A DNA stretch of 64,000 nt, taken from Armatimonadota bacterium (GTDB taxonomy: Bacteria; Armatimonadota; SYMT01). Where the stretch lies: NCBI GenBank assembly GCA_041690135.1, contig JAWLHY010000013.1, positions 1-64,000 of the forward strand, in the 5' to 3' direction. The notes beneath the pieces are model-generated. The model saw only the letters and a list, made by a program, of their open reading frames with translations, did not search any database and was not told the origin of the DNA. A program made the translations under genes and the position numbers. Below, piece after piece: positions 10,312 to 18,592 of the stretch (the stretch's first letter is position 1; the number at the start of each line of letters is the position of its first letter).

Positions 10312-11100
10312 ATGAATCGCCGCCTGTTCTTGACCCTGCCACTCCTCACCAGCCTCCCCACCTCCGCTCGTGCGCAATCCGATGCTCCCGACCTGGACCG
10401 GTACTTCACCGGATACGAGGGGTCGTTCGTCCTGCAGAATGTTCGTACAGGGGAGACGCTACGCCACAACCCGGAGCAGTGCCGGAAGCGATTGAGCCCG
10501 TGTTCCACGTTCAAGATTCCGAACTCTCTCATCGGTCTCGAAACGGGCGTCATCGCGCACCCCGACTTTATGCTGCGCTGGGACGGCACGCCTAAAGCGT
10601 TCCCGGTGTGGATGCGGGACCACACCTTGCGGAGCGCCATCGCTAACTCCGTCGTGTGGTACTACCAGCGGCTAGCGGAAGGGGTCGGGTCGGGCCGCAT
10701 GGAAGCGCACCTGCGGCGCCTCCGGTATGGGAACCAGGACACCACGGGCGGGCTGACCCAGTTCTGGCTCGACTCGAGCCTGAAGATCTCCGCCGAAGAG
10801 CAGATTGCCTTCCTCTCCCGGCTCTACCGGAACGATCTTCCCTACTCCCGGCGGAGCCAGGAGATTGTGAAGGAGATCATGCTCCTTCGGGAAACGCCGC
10901 GAGGAACGCTGCGTGGGAAAACCGGCTCGGGCGGGGATCTGCGGACAGGGACATTCAACCTGGGCTGGTTCGTCGGCTGGGTTGAGAAGGACGACACGGC
11001 CTGGGTCTTTGCCACCAACCTTACTCGTGGCGAAAATGCCTCCGGCCGGGTCGCCCGCTCCATCACCGAGGAGATCCTGCAGTCCCGCAGACTGCTCTAA
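10312..11100 (+). CDS. Class D (OXA-type) beta-lactamase / BlaR-like sensor-domain homolog
   Basis: STFK, SVV, YGN, FWL and KTG motifs in class D order; NRRLFL signal. Confidence 0.88.
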   Translation: MNRRLFLTLPLLTSLPTSARAQSDAPDLDRYFTGYEGSFVLQNVRTGETLRHNPEQCRKRLSPCSTFKIPNSLIGLETGVIAHPDFMLRWDGTPKAFPVWMRDHTLRSAIANSVVWYYQRLAEGVGSGRMEAHLRRLRYGNQDTTGGLTQFWLDSSLKISAEEQIAFLSRLYRNDLPYSRRSQEIVKEIMLLRETPRGTLRGKTGSGGDLRTGTFNLGWFVGWVEKDDTAWVFATNLTRGENASGRVARSITEEILQSRRLL

Positions 11101-11116
11101 GGGATGTATCCGGGAA

Positions 11117-11561
11117 GTTGCGATCAGATTCGTACGTCGCCGGAACACGTCCGGCGGAGTGGGTCGGGGTCCGTCCGGCAAGCCTGCGAGAGTGGTACCT
11201 GTAGGGAACGTCTCATACACCCGGCGAAGTTAGGGCCGTAGGGTTCCGCCGTCTTGGGGCTGATCCCGTCCTGACCACCTGTAGCCGTTCCGTGTCAGGA
11301 AGGGTCCGGATTGGCCCCACGGGATCAACAACAGTGCCTGCGGAATGGAACGGCGTCACATTCCCTACTGTCCAAGGTGCACGTGACGCTACACGAGCCC
11401 AAACCCCTTCACCAGAGGTGGACAGAGAACCGTAACGGAGTTTCCGGATGCACCACCAAGGATGCGTGGGAGAAATTGAGCAGTTCTAGGAACCACGCCG
11501 GGTGCGGTTCTCCGGGGGCCGGGGCCGGAACACCGCACGATTAACCCCCGGCCCCCTCTAC
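11117..11561 (+). ncRNA. Candidate structured non-coding RNA, family unknown
   Basis: Four nested helices plus a loop-to-downstream pairing and further hairpins in an intergenic region with no credible ORF (see findings); boundaries and strand tentative. Confidence 0.4.
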
Positions 11562-11729
11562 ACACAATCCACACAATACACAAAACCCCTGGTCGCTTGT
11601 TACACAAAACTACACACAATTCCCGCGCGAGGGTTCGGTGGAGTCCGGGAGACGCCTCCCGCGCTCGGTTCAAAGCGGTGGACCTTGGGTTCAGGGAAAT
11701 CTGCCGCCTTCGGCATTAGCTCCGCCCTA

Positions 11730-13208
11730 TCAGGGCGCCTGCTTGAGCACTTCCGTCAGGCTCGCCACTACCTCCGGATGCTGGGCAGCAACATTTCGGC
11801 TTTCATGCGGATCGGCCTGGTGATCGTAAAGCTCCACCTGCGCCACCTCGTTGCTCTTCTCCTGGGTCCACCGGGTAAGCCGATACCGGTTGTTGCGCAG
11901 CGTCCGGCCCACCATGGCTCCCTTGCGCCAGAACCCCAGGGAATTCACGTTGCTGCGCCCATTCGGATCGTTCAGCAGCGAAATGCGGGAAGCTCCATCG
12001 AGCCCCGGCGGAGCCGGTAGGCGGCACACCTGGGCGAGAGTCGGGAAGAGGTCGACCGATTGAACGATCGCCTGCGCAGGCTTGCCTGGGTTCTTCATCC
12101 CCGGCGTACGGATGATCAGAGCGCTGCGGAGGGACTGCTCGTGCAGGGTGTGCTTGCCCCACACCCCCAGGTCGCCGAGATGCCAGCCGTGGTCCCCCCA
12201 GGCCACCACCACGGTGTTCTTCGCCAGGCCCAGGCGGTCCAACTCGTCCAGCACCTTCCCCACCTGGGCATCCGCATAGCTGGTGGCGGCGTAATAGGCG
12301 TGGCGCAGCCGGCGTGCGTGCTTCTCCGTCACCACGCCGTTTTCAGCCGCCTCCGTGTACTGGCCGAACAGCTCTCCGCCTGGATGCAGGCTGACTTTCG
12401 GATCGATACCAGTCGGCGGCTCGGGGCAGGAGGAAAGATGGATCCGGTCGGCCGAGTAAAGGTCCCAGTACTTTTTCGGCGCGTTGAACGGCAGGTGGGG
12501 CTTGAAGAATCCCGCTGCGAGGAAGAACGGCCGGTCCCGCAGGCGCCGCAACTCGCGGATCGTCTCCTCTGCGGTCAGCGCGTCCGGATAGCCGGTGTCC
12601 GGCACGTCCGCGGCTTCGAAGGCCGGTACCTGTTTCTTCACCCGCGTCTTGCCGCCCGCATAGCCGAAGAAGGCGCTCCAGGCATGCCCCCACTCGCCTG
12701 CCGGTCCCCACGTCCGCTCCCACGAGAAAGGCAGCTCCGGCTTGCGGTCCGCGGGCAGCGGCCGCCCCTCCGCCCCACCCCGGAGCCCATCCGGGCTGTG
12801 CGTGATCTTGCCCAGGCTGACCGTCGCGTAGCCGTGGCGCCGGAACAGGTCGGGGAGGGAGTAGGCTTCGCGCGGCTCCACCTGTGGCGAAAGGGAAAAG
12901 GCCCCGTTCGCATAGGCCGCGGGCTTGCGCGGGTAGCGCCCGGTGAGGAGGGCGAAGCGGGAAGCTCCGCACGTGGGCACCTGTACGTAGTGGCGCTGGA
13001 ACAGGCGGCCCTGGCTGGCGAGCCGGTCGAGGTTGGGCGTCACCATGTGCCGCTGCCCGTAGCAGCCCAACTCCGGCCGCAGATCGTCAATCGCCAGAAA
13101 CAGCACGTTCAGCCGCTGCTCTTCGGCCCGTAAGCCTCGCCCTGAACTACCAACGGTGACCAGCGCAGCGGCGCCGAGTAGTGCTCCGGTGCGAGCCAGT
13201 TTCCTCAT
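11730..13208 (-). CDS. Sulfatase (iduronate-2-sulfatase-like)
   Basis: IDDLRP, CGASR formylglycine motif, GKITH, KPHLPF, GDHGWHLG..WGKH. Confidence 0.9.
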   Translation of the reverse strand: MRKLARTGALLGAAALVTVGSSGRGLRAEEQRLNVLFLAIDDLRPELGCYGQRHMVTPNLDRLASQGRLFQRHYVQVPTCGASRFALLTGRYPRKPAAYANGAFSLSPQVEPREAYSLPDLFRRHGYATVSLGKITHSPDGLRGGAEGRPLPADRKPELPFSWERTWGPAGEWGHAWSAFFGYAGGKTRVKKQVPAFEAADVPDTGYPDALTAEETIRELRRLRDRPFFLAAGFFKPHLPFNAPKKYWDLYSADRIHLSSCPEPPTGIDPKVSLHPGGELFGQYTEAAENGVVTEKHARRLRHAYYAATSYADAQVGKVLDELDRLGLAKNTVVVAWGDHGWHLGDLGVWGKHTLHEQSLRSALIIRTPGMKNPGKPAQAIVQSVDLFPTLAQVCRLPAPPGLDGASRISLLNDPNGRSNVNSLGFWRKGAMVGRTLRNNRYRLTRWTQEKSNEVAQVELYDHQADPHESRNVAAQHPEVVASLTEVLKQAP

Positions 13209-13262
13209 TGTATTCCTCGTCCTAACCAGATTGTGGCGAAGTCTCTACCTAGGGAAGGAGGC

Positions 13263-13323
13263 GTCATTGCGAAGGAGCCTTAGCGACTGCGAGCTTACCC
13301 GGCGAAGCATAGGGCAATCCCCC
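13263..13323. repeat. REP-like element (GTCATTGCG...GCAATCC type) with an apparent internal insertion
   Basis: GTCATTGCGAAGGAGCCTTAGCGACTGCG ... GCAATCCCC interrupted by AGCTTACCCGGCGAAGCATAGG; ACCCGGCGAAG also occurs at 11219-11229. Confidence 0.45.
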
Positions 13324-13369
13324 TGTTCTCCGCATCGCCACCTTCGCTACCTTCCGCCCACTTTGCAGG

Positions 13370-13410
13370 GCCCACTGCGGCGCCCAGTACCCACGGGCGC
13401 CGCAGTGGGC
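13370..13410. repeat. Perfect 16-bp inverted repeat
   Basis: GCCCACTGCGGCGCCC / GGGCGCCGCAGTGGGC. Confidence 0.75.
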
Positions 13411-13506
13411 AAAATGCCCGGCTAGTTCACCAGGGGGTTACCTTACAACCCGGCGCAGATAAGGCGTATGTGCAAGCAACTGGGCAAGTACGGTTATCCA
13501 GCGGGG

Positions 13507-13563
13507 GGCCGACACCCGCCCGCGGGTACCCGGCGCCGGCACTCCGGCAAGCCTAGCTCACCT
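13507..13563 (+). repeat. Dispersed intergenic repeat, copy 1 (inverted copy at 29254-29327)
   Basis: GGCCGACACCC...GCGGGTACCYGGCGCCGKCACTCCGGCAAG shared with the reverse complement of 29254-29327. Confidence 0.7.
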
Positions 13564-13627
13564 ACATTGAGAACCAGGTTCGTAGCAAATGGTCACCAAC
13601 TGCTCGAATACTGCCTCCCAAAAAGGC

Positions 13628-14482
13628 CTAATTGGCGCGCAGCGCCCGCCGGATCCAGTCGATCATGAATGACTTGTACTGCGGGTGGAACTTGTCCCAG
13701 CCGCCCATCCCGTGCCCCCCCTCCGGAATGGTGTACAGGTCGCAGACGTTGCCCGCGGCCTTCATCTGTCCCTGGAATCGGACCGACTGCTCGTAAGGGA
13801 CCTGCGCGTCCTTGGTCCCATGGATCAGGAGGTAGGGCGGCATCCCGGGCTTGACGTAGTGGGACGGCGAGCCCTCGCGGAGCGTTTTGTAGGCGGCGTC
13901 GTTCAATTCTGCAAGGCCGAACAGTCCCGTCATCGACTCCCCGAGTTGCCCTCGGTGGCGCACCTGAAATTCGAGGTCGTGGGGAGCGTAGTACGGAACC
14001 ACTGCCGCCACGCGCGTTTTTCCCTTGCCCCGCGCCCCGACGATGGAGACGAGATGCCCGCCGGCCGACTCCCCAATGAGGGCGATCCGCTTAGGGTCGA
14101 CCTTATACTCCTTCGCATGGTCCTTCACCCACCGGATGGCTCGCTCCACGTCCTCGACGCACGCCGGGTACCGGTGCTGGGGCGCCAAACGGTAGTTAAT
14201 GGTGAACCACGTGAAACCGGCCTGGCTCAAGGGCTCGAAGATCGGTTTGATATAGCTCTGCTTATCCCCCCGCACGAAGCCGCCGCCGTGCACCAGAATG
14301 GCTGTCGGAAAGGGTCCCGGACCGTCCGGAATATGCGCATCCAGGGTCAGGCTCACGCCGTCCACCTTCGCAAACTCCACGTCCGTCTTCACCTCGGCCG
14401 AAGCCGGCGCAGTGCATGCGAACAGCGAAACAACTGCGACGACAGGCCGCAGCGATCGAAGCAGACCGGAGAACATCGACAT
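13628..14482 (-). CDS. Alpha/beta hydrolase (HSL/BD-FAE-like esterase), secreted
   Basis: HGGG, GESAGG nucleophile elbow, HGTKD, GGHG; start moved past the GV-repeat extension. Confidence 0.88.
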   Translation of the reverse strand: MSMFSGLLRSLRPVVAVVSLFACTAPASAEVKTDVEFAKVDGVSLTLDAHIPDGPGPFPTAILVHGGGFVRGDKQSYIKPIFEPLSQAGFTWFTINYRLAPQHRYPACVEDVERAIRWVKDHAKEYKVDPKRIALIGESAGGHLVSIVGARGKGKTRVAAVVPYYAPHDLEFQVRHRGQLGESMTGLFGLAELNDAAYKTLREGSPSHYVKPGMPPYLLIHGTKDAQVPYEQSVRFQGQMKAAGNVCDLYTIPEGGHGMGGWDKFHPQYKSFMIDWIRRALRAN

Positions 14483-14542
14483 CACCCCTACTCCCATTCT
14501 TACTCCTACTCTTACTCTTACTCCCACTCCTACTCCTACTCC
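14483..14542. repeat. Hexamer tandem repeat, 10 units, consensus TACTCC/TACTCT
   Basis: Read directly; abuts the esterase start codon. Confidence 0.85.
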
Positions 14543-14613
14543 CCCTGTTAACCCCAATAAGTCAGGTGGAATGGCCATGTGCGTTAACTTTGGTGGTTAC
14601 GGTGTCCAGAGAG

Positions 14614-14652
14614 CCCTCACCCCTACCCCTCTCCCACGCTGCGGGAGAGGGG
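14614..14652. repeat. REP-like palindrome (CCCTCACCCC...CTCTCCC...GGGAGAGGGG type)
   Basis: CCCCTCTCCC (14626-14635) pairs with GGGAGAGGGG (14643-14652), preceded by CCCTCACCCC. Confidence 0.7.
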
Positions 14653-14742
14653 AATCCCGTGCGCAGGACAGCAAACTTCTCCCCTTGTCTGAGCGGCAAC
14701 CACGAACACTTCGCTGTAAGTTGACGCCAGTGGGTGAAGGGC

Positions 14743-15549
14743 TCACGGGCACGTCACGAACCCCATCGTATCCTGGGTGGGAATGCCGGGAGCCGTGGCG
14801 GTGCAGGTGCGGAACAGGCAGGTTTCCCCCTCCAGGGTGGTGGTGAGACGGAAGAGGCCATTCTCATCGGCCGTAACCGAAAGTAGTTGGGGATCTGCCG
14901 TTCCCGTGGCGAGGGTGAGGGTTACGTTCGCTCCCGCGGGCGCGCGACCCGTGAACCGGCACCGCTGGCTGGCTACCGAGAGGTAGTCGATGCGGACCCG
15001 CTGTTCCTCCCCTCCCGGCAGAAGGAGATCCTGCAGGTCTCGCTCCGGCTGCAGGTTGAGGACGATCGCCGTGTGGACGTCACTGCCGAAGAACTTCAGG
15101 CCGCGCAGCGCACGCAGGCTTTCCGATGTCTGCAACGCCGCTCCCGCCGCCAATTCCCGCAAGGCGGCCAGCACGCGCGACAGGTCGTTGTTCGCGCTCC
15201 CCAGCAGCACAGTCGCCACGACGCCGGGAGTGTCTTGCCGGATGCCCAGCACCTGGAGGCTCTGCGACAGGCCGAAAAGGAGCGCCACCCGCACCTGGCT
15301 CGCATGCTCGTCCACGGCGGTATCGAAGTCGGGATAGAAGAATTCCGGCCCATCGATGGCCGCCGCCCGGATCGGTGCCAGGCGGCGGCCGAAACCGGAC
15401 TGCGAGGATTTCAACTGGCGACGGGTCGCCGCCAGCACACCCCGCACACTCCGATTGCGCGGCGCCGGCGCGGCGGCCTCGGCCCCGGATGCGGCGGACA
15501 ACGCCGTCACCGCGGCCCCGCTGGTGGTCAAAAGCTGGCGGCGATCCAT
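14743..15549 (-). CDS. Hypothetical protein with Tat-like signal
   Basis: MDRRQLL...AEA signal; fills the gap between genes; no family recognised. Confidence 0.65.
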   Translation of the reverse strand: MDRRQLLTTSGAAVTALSAASGAEAAAPAPRNRSVRGVLAATRRQLKSSQSGFGRRLAPIRAAAIDGPEFFYPDFDTAVDEHASQVRVALLFGLSQSLQVLGIRQDTPGVVATVLLGSANNDLSRVLAALRELAAGAALQTSESLRALRGLKFFGSDVHTAIVLNLQPERDLQDLLLPGGEEQRVRIDYLSVASQRCRFTGRAPAGANVTLTLATGTADPQLLSVTADENGLFRLTTTLEGETCLFRTCTATAPGIPTQDTMGFVTCP

Positions 15550-15742
15550 TTCACAAGCTCCAGATACTCTGCCGACAGCCGGTAAGTGCGAGCGGTCTAG
15601 TCAGCGACCAATCCACGGGCTGTTCCACACCACCCACACGCTAACCTCCAATTCCAGGCGGCTCCTCTTTCCTTGATAATCGGTCGCAGGGTTTCGCCTT
15701 ACGTGCGGATGAACTCTGGAACTGTGATAGGAGGTCCGCCCC

Positions 15743-17143
15743 ATGCCCTACCCTGCCGACCTTAAGACCGCACATCAGCCACCGGCTAATGCCGGGCGCC
15801 GTATCCCCATCTGGACTTTGCTTGTTGCAGTGATTGCCTTGTTGGCTCCGTCCGCGCAGGGGCAGTCATCCCGTCCCAACATCGTGGTGATCGTGGCGGA
15901 TGACCTGGGATGGGGCGACGTGGGCTACCACGGTTCCAACAACAAGACTCCGAATCTCGACCGGTTAGCTCGCGCCGGTATCGAGCTGGATCAGCACTAC
16001 GTAGCGCCGATGTGTAGCCCCACGCGCGCGGCCCTGCTGAGTGGGCGCTACTGGAGCCGCTTCGGCATTACCGGCGCCACCAACAACCGGGTGATGCCGT
16101 TCGATACGGTCACCCTCGCCTCGGCACTTCGCTCCGCCGGCTACGAAACCGCCCTTACCGGTAAGTGGCATCTCGGGTCGCGCCCGGACTGGGGACCGCG
16201 CAAGTACGGATTCGATCACACCTACGGCTCCCTGGCCGGCGGCGTGACCCCGAACGAGCACCGGTACAAGAAGGGCCCGTTCACCGACACCTGGCACCGC
16301 AACGACCAGCTCTTGGAAGAGAAGGGTCACGTCACCGATCTCATCGCGGCGGAAGCGGTCCGCTGGCTGGAGCAGCGCGGCGACCGTCCCTTTTTCCTCT
16401 ACGCACCGTTTACGGCGGTGCACATCCCCATCGACGAGCCGCAGGAATGGCTCGACCTTTACCCCGATATCCAGCCGCCCTCGCGGCGCCAGTACGCCGC
16501 CTGCCTCAGCCATTTCGATGACGCGGTCGGTCGGATCGTGAAAGCTCTGGAGCGCACGGGCAAGCGCGACAACACGCTGCTAGTCTTCTTCAGTGACAAC
16601 GGCGCCACGCCGAACGCCCGCAACGATGATCCGCAATATCCCGGAACCTTCCCCGCCGGTCCGGCCGGCGGGACCAACGTCCCCCTCCGCGGTCAGAAGA
16701 CGCAGCTCTACGAAGGCGGCATACGGGTGCCCGCCTTCGTTCATTGGCCGGGGCGTTTGAAGCCGGGTAAAGTTTCCAGCCCGATGCACGTGGTCGATTG
16801 GATGCCGACCCTGTGCAACCTGGCGGGCTACCGCACGGATCGCGACTTGAAGTGGGACGGACAGGACCTCTGGCCACAATTGACCGGCAAGGCTGCGGGA
16901 TCTCCTCGAACCTTCTATTGGGAAGGGGTCGGCCGCCATAGTTCCGCGCTGCGTCAAGGCGACTGGAAGCTGGTGGTCCAACACGGGACCAATCCTCGTG
17001 CCGAGCTCTTCGATCTGTCCACCGATCCCCACGAGAAGCTGAGCCTGGCCGAACGGGAACTGGCGCGGGTGGAGGCACTCCGCAAGTTATTGGACGAGCA
17101 GCGCCGCCGTGACAACGATGCCGCCGTGCCGCCCGGCACCTGA
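15743..17143 (+). CDS. Arylsulfatase family protein
   Basis: ADDLGWGD, CSPTR, GKWHLG, SDNG, YEGGIRVP; GGAGG RBS. Confidence 0.92.
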   Translation: MPYPADLKTAHQPPANAGRRIPIWTLLVAVIALLAPSAQGQSSRPNIVVIVADDLGWGDVGYHGSNNKTPNLDRLARAGIELDQHYVAPMCSPTRAALLSGRYWSRFGITGATNNRVMPFDTVTLASALRSAGYETALTGKWHLGSRPDWGPRKYGFDHTYGSLAGGVTPNEHRYKKGPFTDTWHRNDQLLEEKGHVTDLIAAEAVRWLEQRGDRPFFLYAPFTAVHIPIDEPQEWLDLYPDIQPPSRRQYAACLSHFDDAVGRIVKALERTGKRDNTLLVFFSDNGATPNARNDDPQYPGTFPAGPAGGTNVPLRGQKTQLYEGGIRVPAFVHWPGRLKPGKVSSPMHVVDWMPTLCNLAGYRTDRDLKWDGQDLWPQLTGKAAGSPRTFYWEGVGRHSSALRQGDWKLVVQHGTNPRAELFDLSTDPHEKLSLAERELARVEALRKLLDEQRRRDNDAAVPPGT

Positions 17144-17313
17144 CCGGCGCCCCACGAAAGCCTGAAAACTTGCCACCTGACAACTTCGCCTGTCCGGACG
17201 ATACTTGTTCAAAGGAGTATTGTCCGGACGATGGAACTCCCGCGCCGCGTCAGGCAGGAGACCCTTCCGGCCGCATTCATCGGGCCGTCGTGCCTGCTTT
17301 CAAGGAGACCTGA

Positions 17314-18582
17314 ATGACGCCCTCCACCACCCCTCGCCAGTCCGAAACCGATGTCGTGGTCATCGGCGGAGGTCCTGCCGGTTCGACTGTCTCAACCCTC
17401 ATCGCGCAGCAGGGCTTCAACGTGCGCCTCTTCGAGCGGGACCGCTTCCCCCGCTTCCACATCGGCGAATCCCTGATCCCGGAGACTTACTGGGTGCTCC
17501 AGCGCCTGAACATGCTGGATAAGATGAAGAACAGCCACTTCGTGAAGAAGTGCTCGGTCCAGTTCGTCAGCCAGCACGGACGGTTGTCCGAGCCGTTCTA
17601 CTTCACGGAGCACCGACCCCACGAGTGTTCCGAGACCTGGCAGGTAGTCCGCAGCGAGTTCGACCTGATGATGCTCGAGAACGCCGCCGAGCACGGGGTG
17701 AAAGTAAGCCAGGCGACTCGGGTGCGCCAGGTGCTGTTCGACGGCGACCGCGCCACCGGCGTGCTGGTGCAGTACGAGGACGGCAGCCAGGAAGAGGTCC
17801 GCGCGAAGGTCGTGGTCGATGCCAGTGGCCAGAGCACCCTCATCGGCAACCACTTCAAGCTGCTGGAAAAGGACAAACAGCTCAAGAAAGGTGCCGTCTG
17901 GACCTATTGGAAGGGCGCCTACCGGGACTCCGGCCGGGATGAAGGGGCGACCATCGTCCTGCAGACCAAGGGCAAGAAGGGCTGGTTCTGGTACATCCCG
18001 CTGCACAACGACATCGTCAGCGTCGGCATCGTTCGTGCCTTCGATGAGCTGTTCGCCGGTAATCGGGAACACGAGGTGATCTACAACGAGGAACTGGAGA
18101 ACTGTCCCGAGGTAAAACGCCGGGTGACGATGGGGACCCGCTGCGACCGGTTCTACGCCACCAAGGATTATAGCTACCGCGCGACCCGCTGTTCCGGGGA
18201 TGGTTGGGTCCTCGTGGGCGACGCCTACGGCTTCCTGGACCCCCTCTACTCCTCCGGCGTTCTGCTGGCGCTCCGTGGCGGTTCCGTGGCGGCAGACGCC
18301 GTGGTCGAAGGCCTCCGCAACGGCGACGTCTCCGCGGCGCAGCTCGGCAAGTGGGCGCCGGAGTTCAACGCTGGGATGGACAAGATGCGGGAGTTGGTGA
18401 TCGCCTACTACGAAGGATTCAGCTTCGGTCGCTTCGTGAAGCGCTACCCGCACTTCAAGGGCCACCTGACCGACCTCCTGATCGGAAACCTCTTCAACGA
18501 CTACGTGGATGAGGTGTTCGAGCCTCTGGCGGAAATGCGCGCCGAATACCAGGCGGAGTTGGCGGCAAAGGCCACCGAATGA
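17314..18582 (+). CDS. Flavin-dependent halogenase-family FAD oxidoreductase
   Basis: GGGPAG, FHIGES, WFWYIP (WxWxIP), GDA.GFLDPLYSSG. Confidence 0.85.
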   Translation: MTPSTTPRQSETDVVVIGGGPAGSTVSTLIAQQGFNVRLFERDRFPRFHIGESLIPETYWVLQRLNMLDKMKNSHFVKKCSVQFVSQHGRLSEPFYFTEHRPHECSETWQVVRSEFDLMMLENAAEHGVKVSQATRVRQVLFDGDRATGVLVQYEDGSQEEVRAKVVVDASGQSTLIGNHFKLLEKDKQLKKGAVWTYWKGAYRDSGRDEGATIVLQTKGKKGWFWYIPLHNDIVSVGIVRAFDELFAGNREHEVIYNEELENCPEVKRRVTMGTRCDRFYATKDYSYRATRCSGDGWVLVGDAYGFLDPLYSSGVLLALRGGSVAADAVVEGLRNGDVSAAQLGKWAPEFNAGMDKMRELVIAYYEGFSFGRFVKRYPHFKGHLTDLLIGNLFNDYVDEVFEPLAEMRAEYQAELAAKATE

Positions 18583-18592
18583 GTCCAGAGCG

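Noticed and set aside
11117-11561. ORF-less group II intron (TTGCGAT-like start, CGGTTC + GC stem + CTAC-like end)
   Set aside because: No properly pairing domain V with a catalytic triad and no bulged A in the last stem; kept only as an unknown structured RNA.
14483-14578. GV-repeat N-terminal extension of the esterase
   Set aside because: It derives from the hexamer repeat; a normal signal peptide begins at 14482 or 14476.
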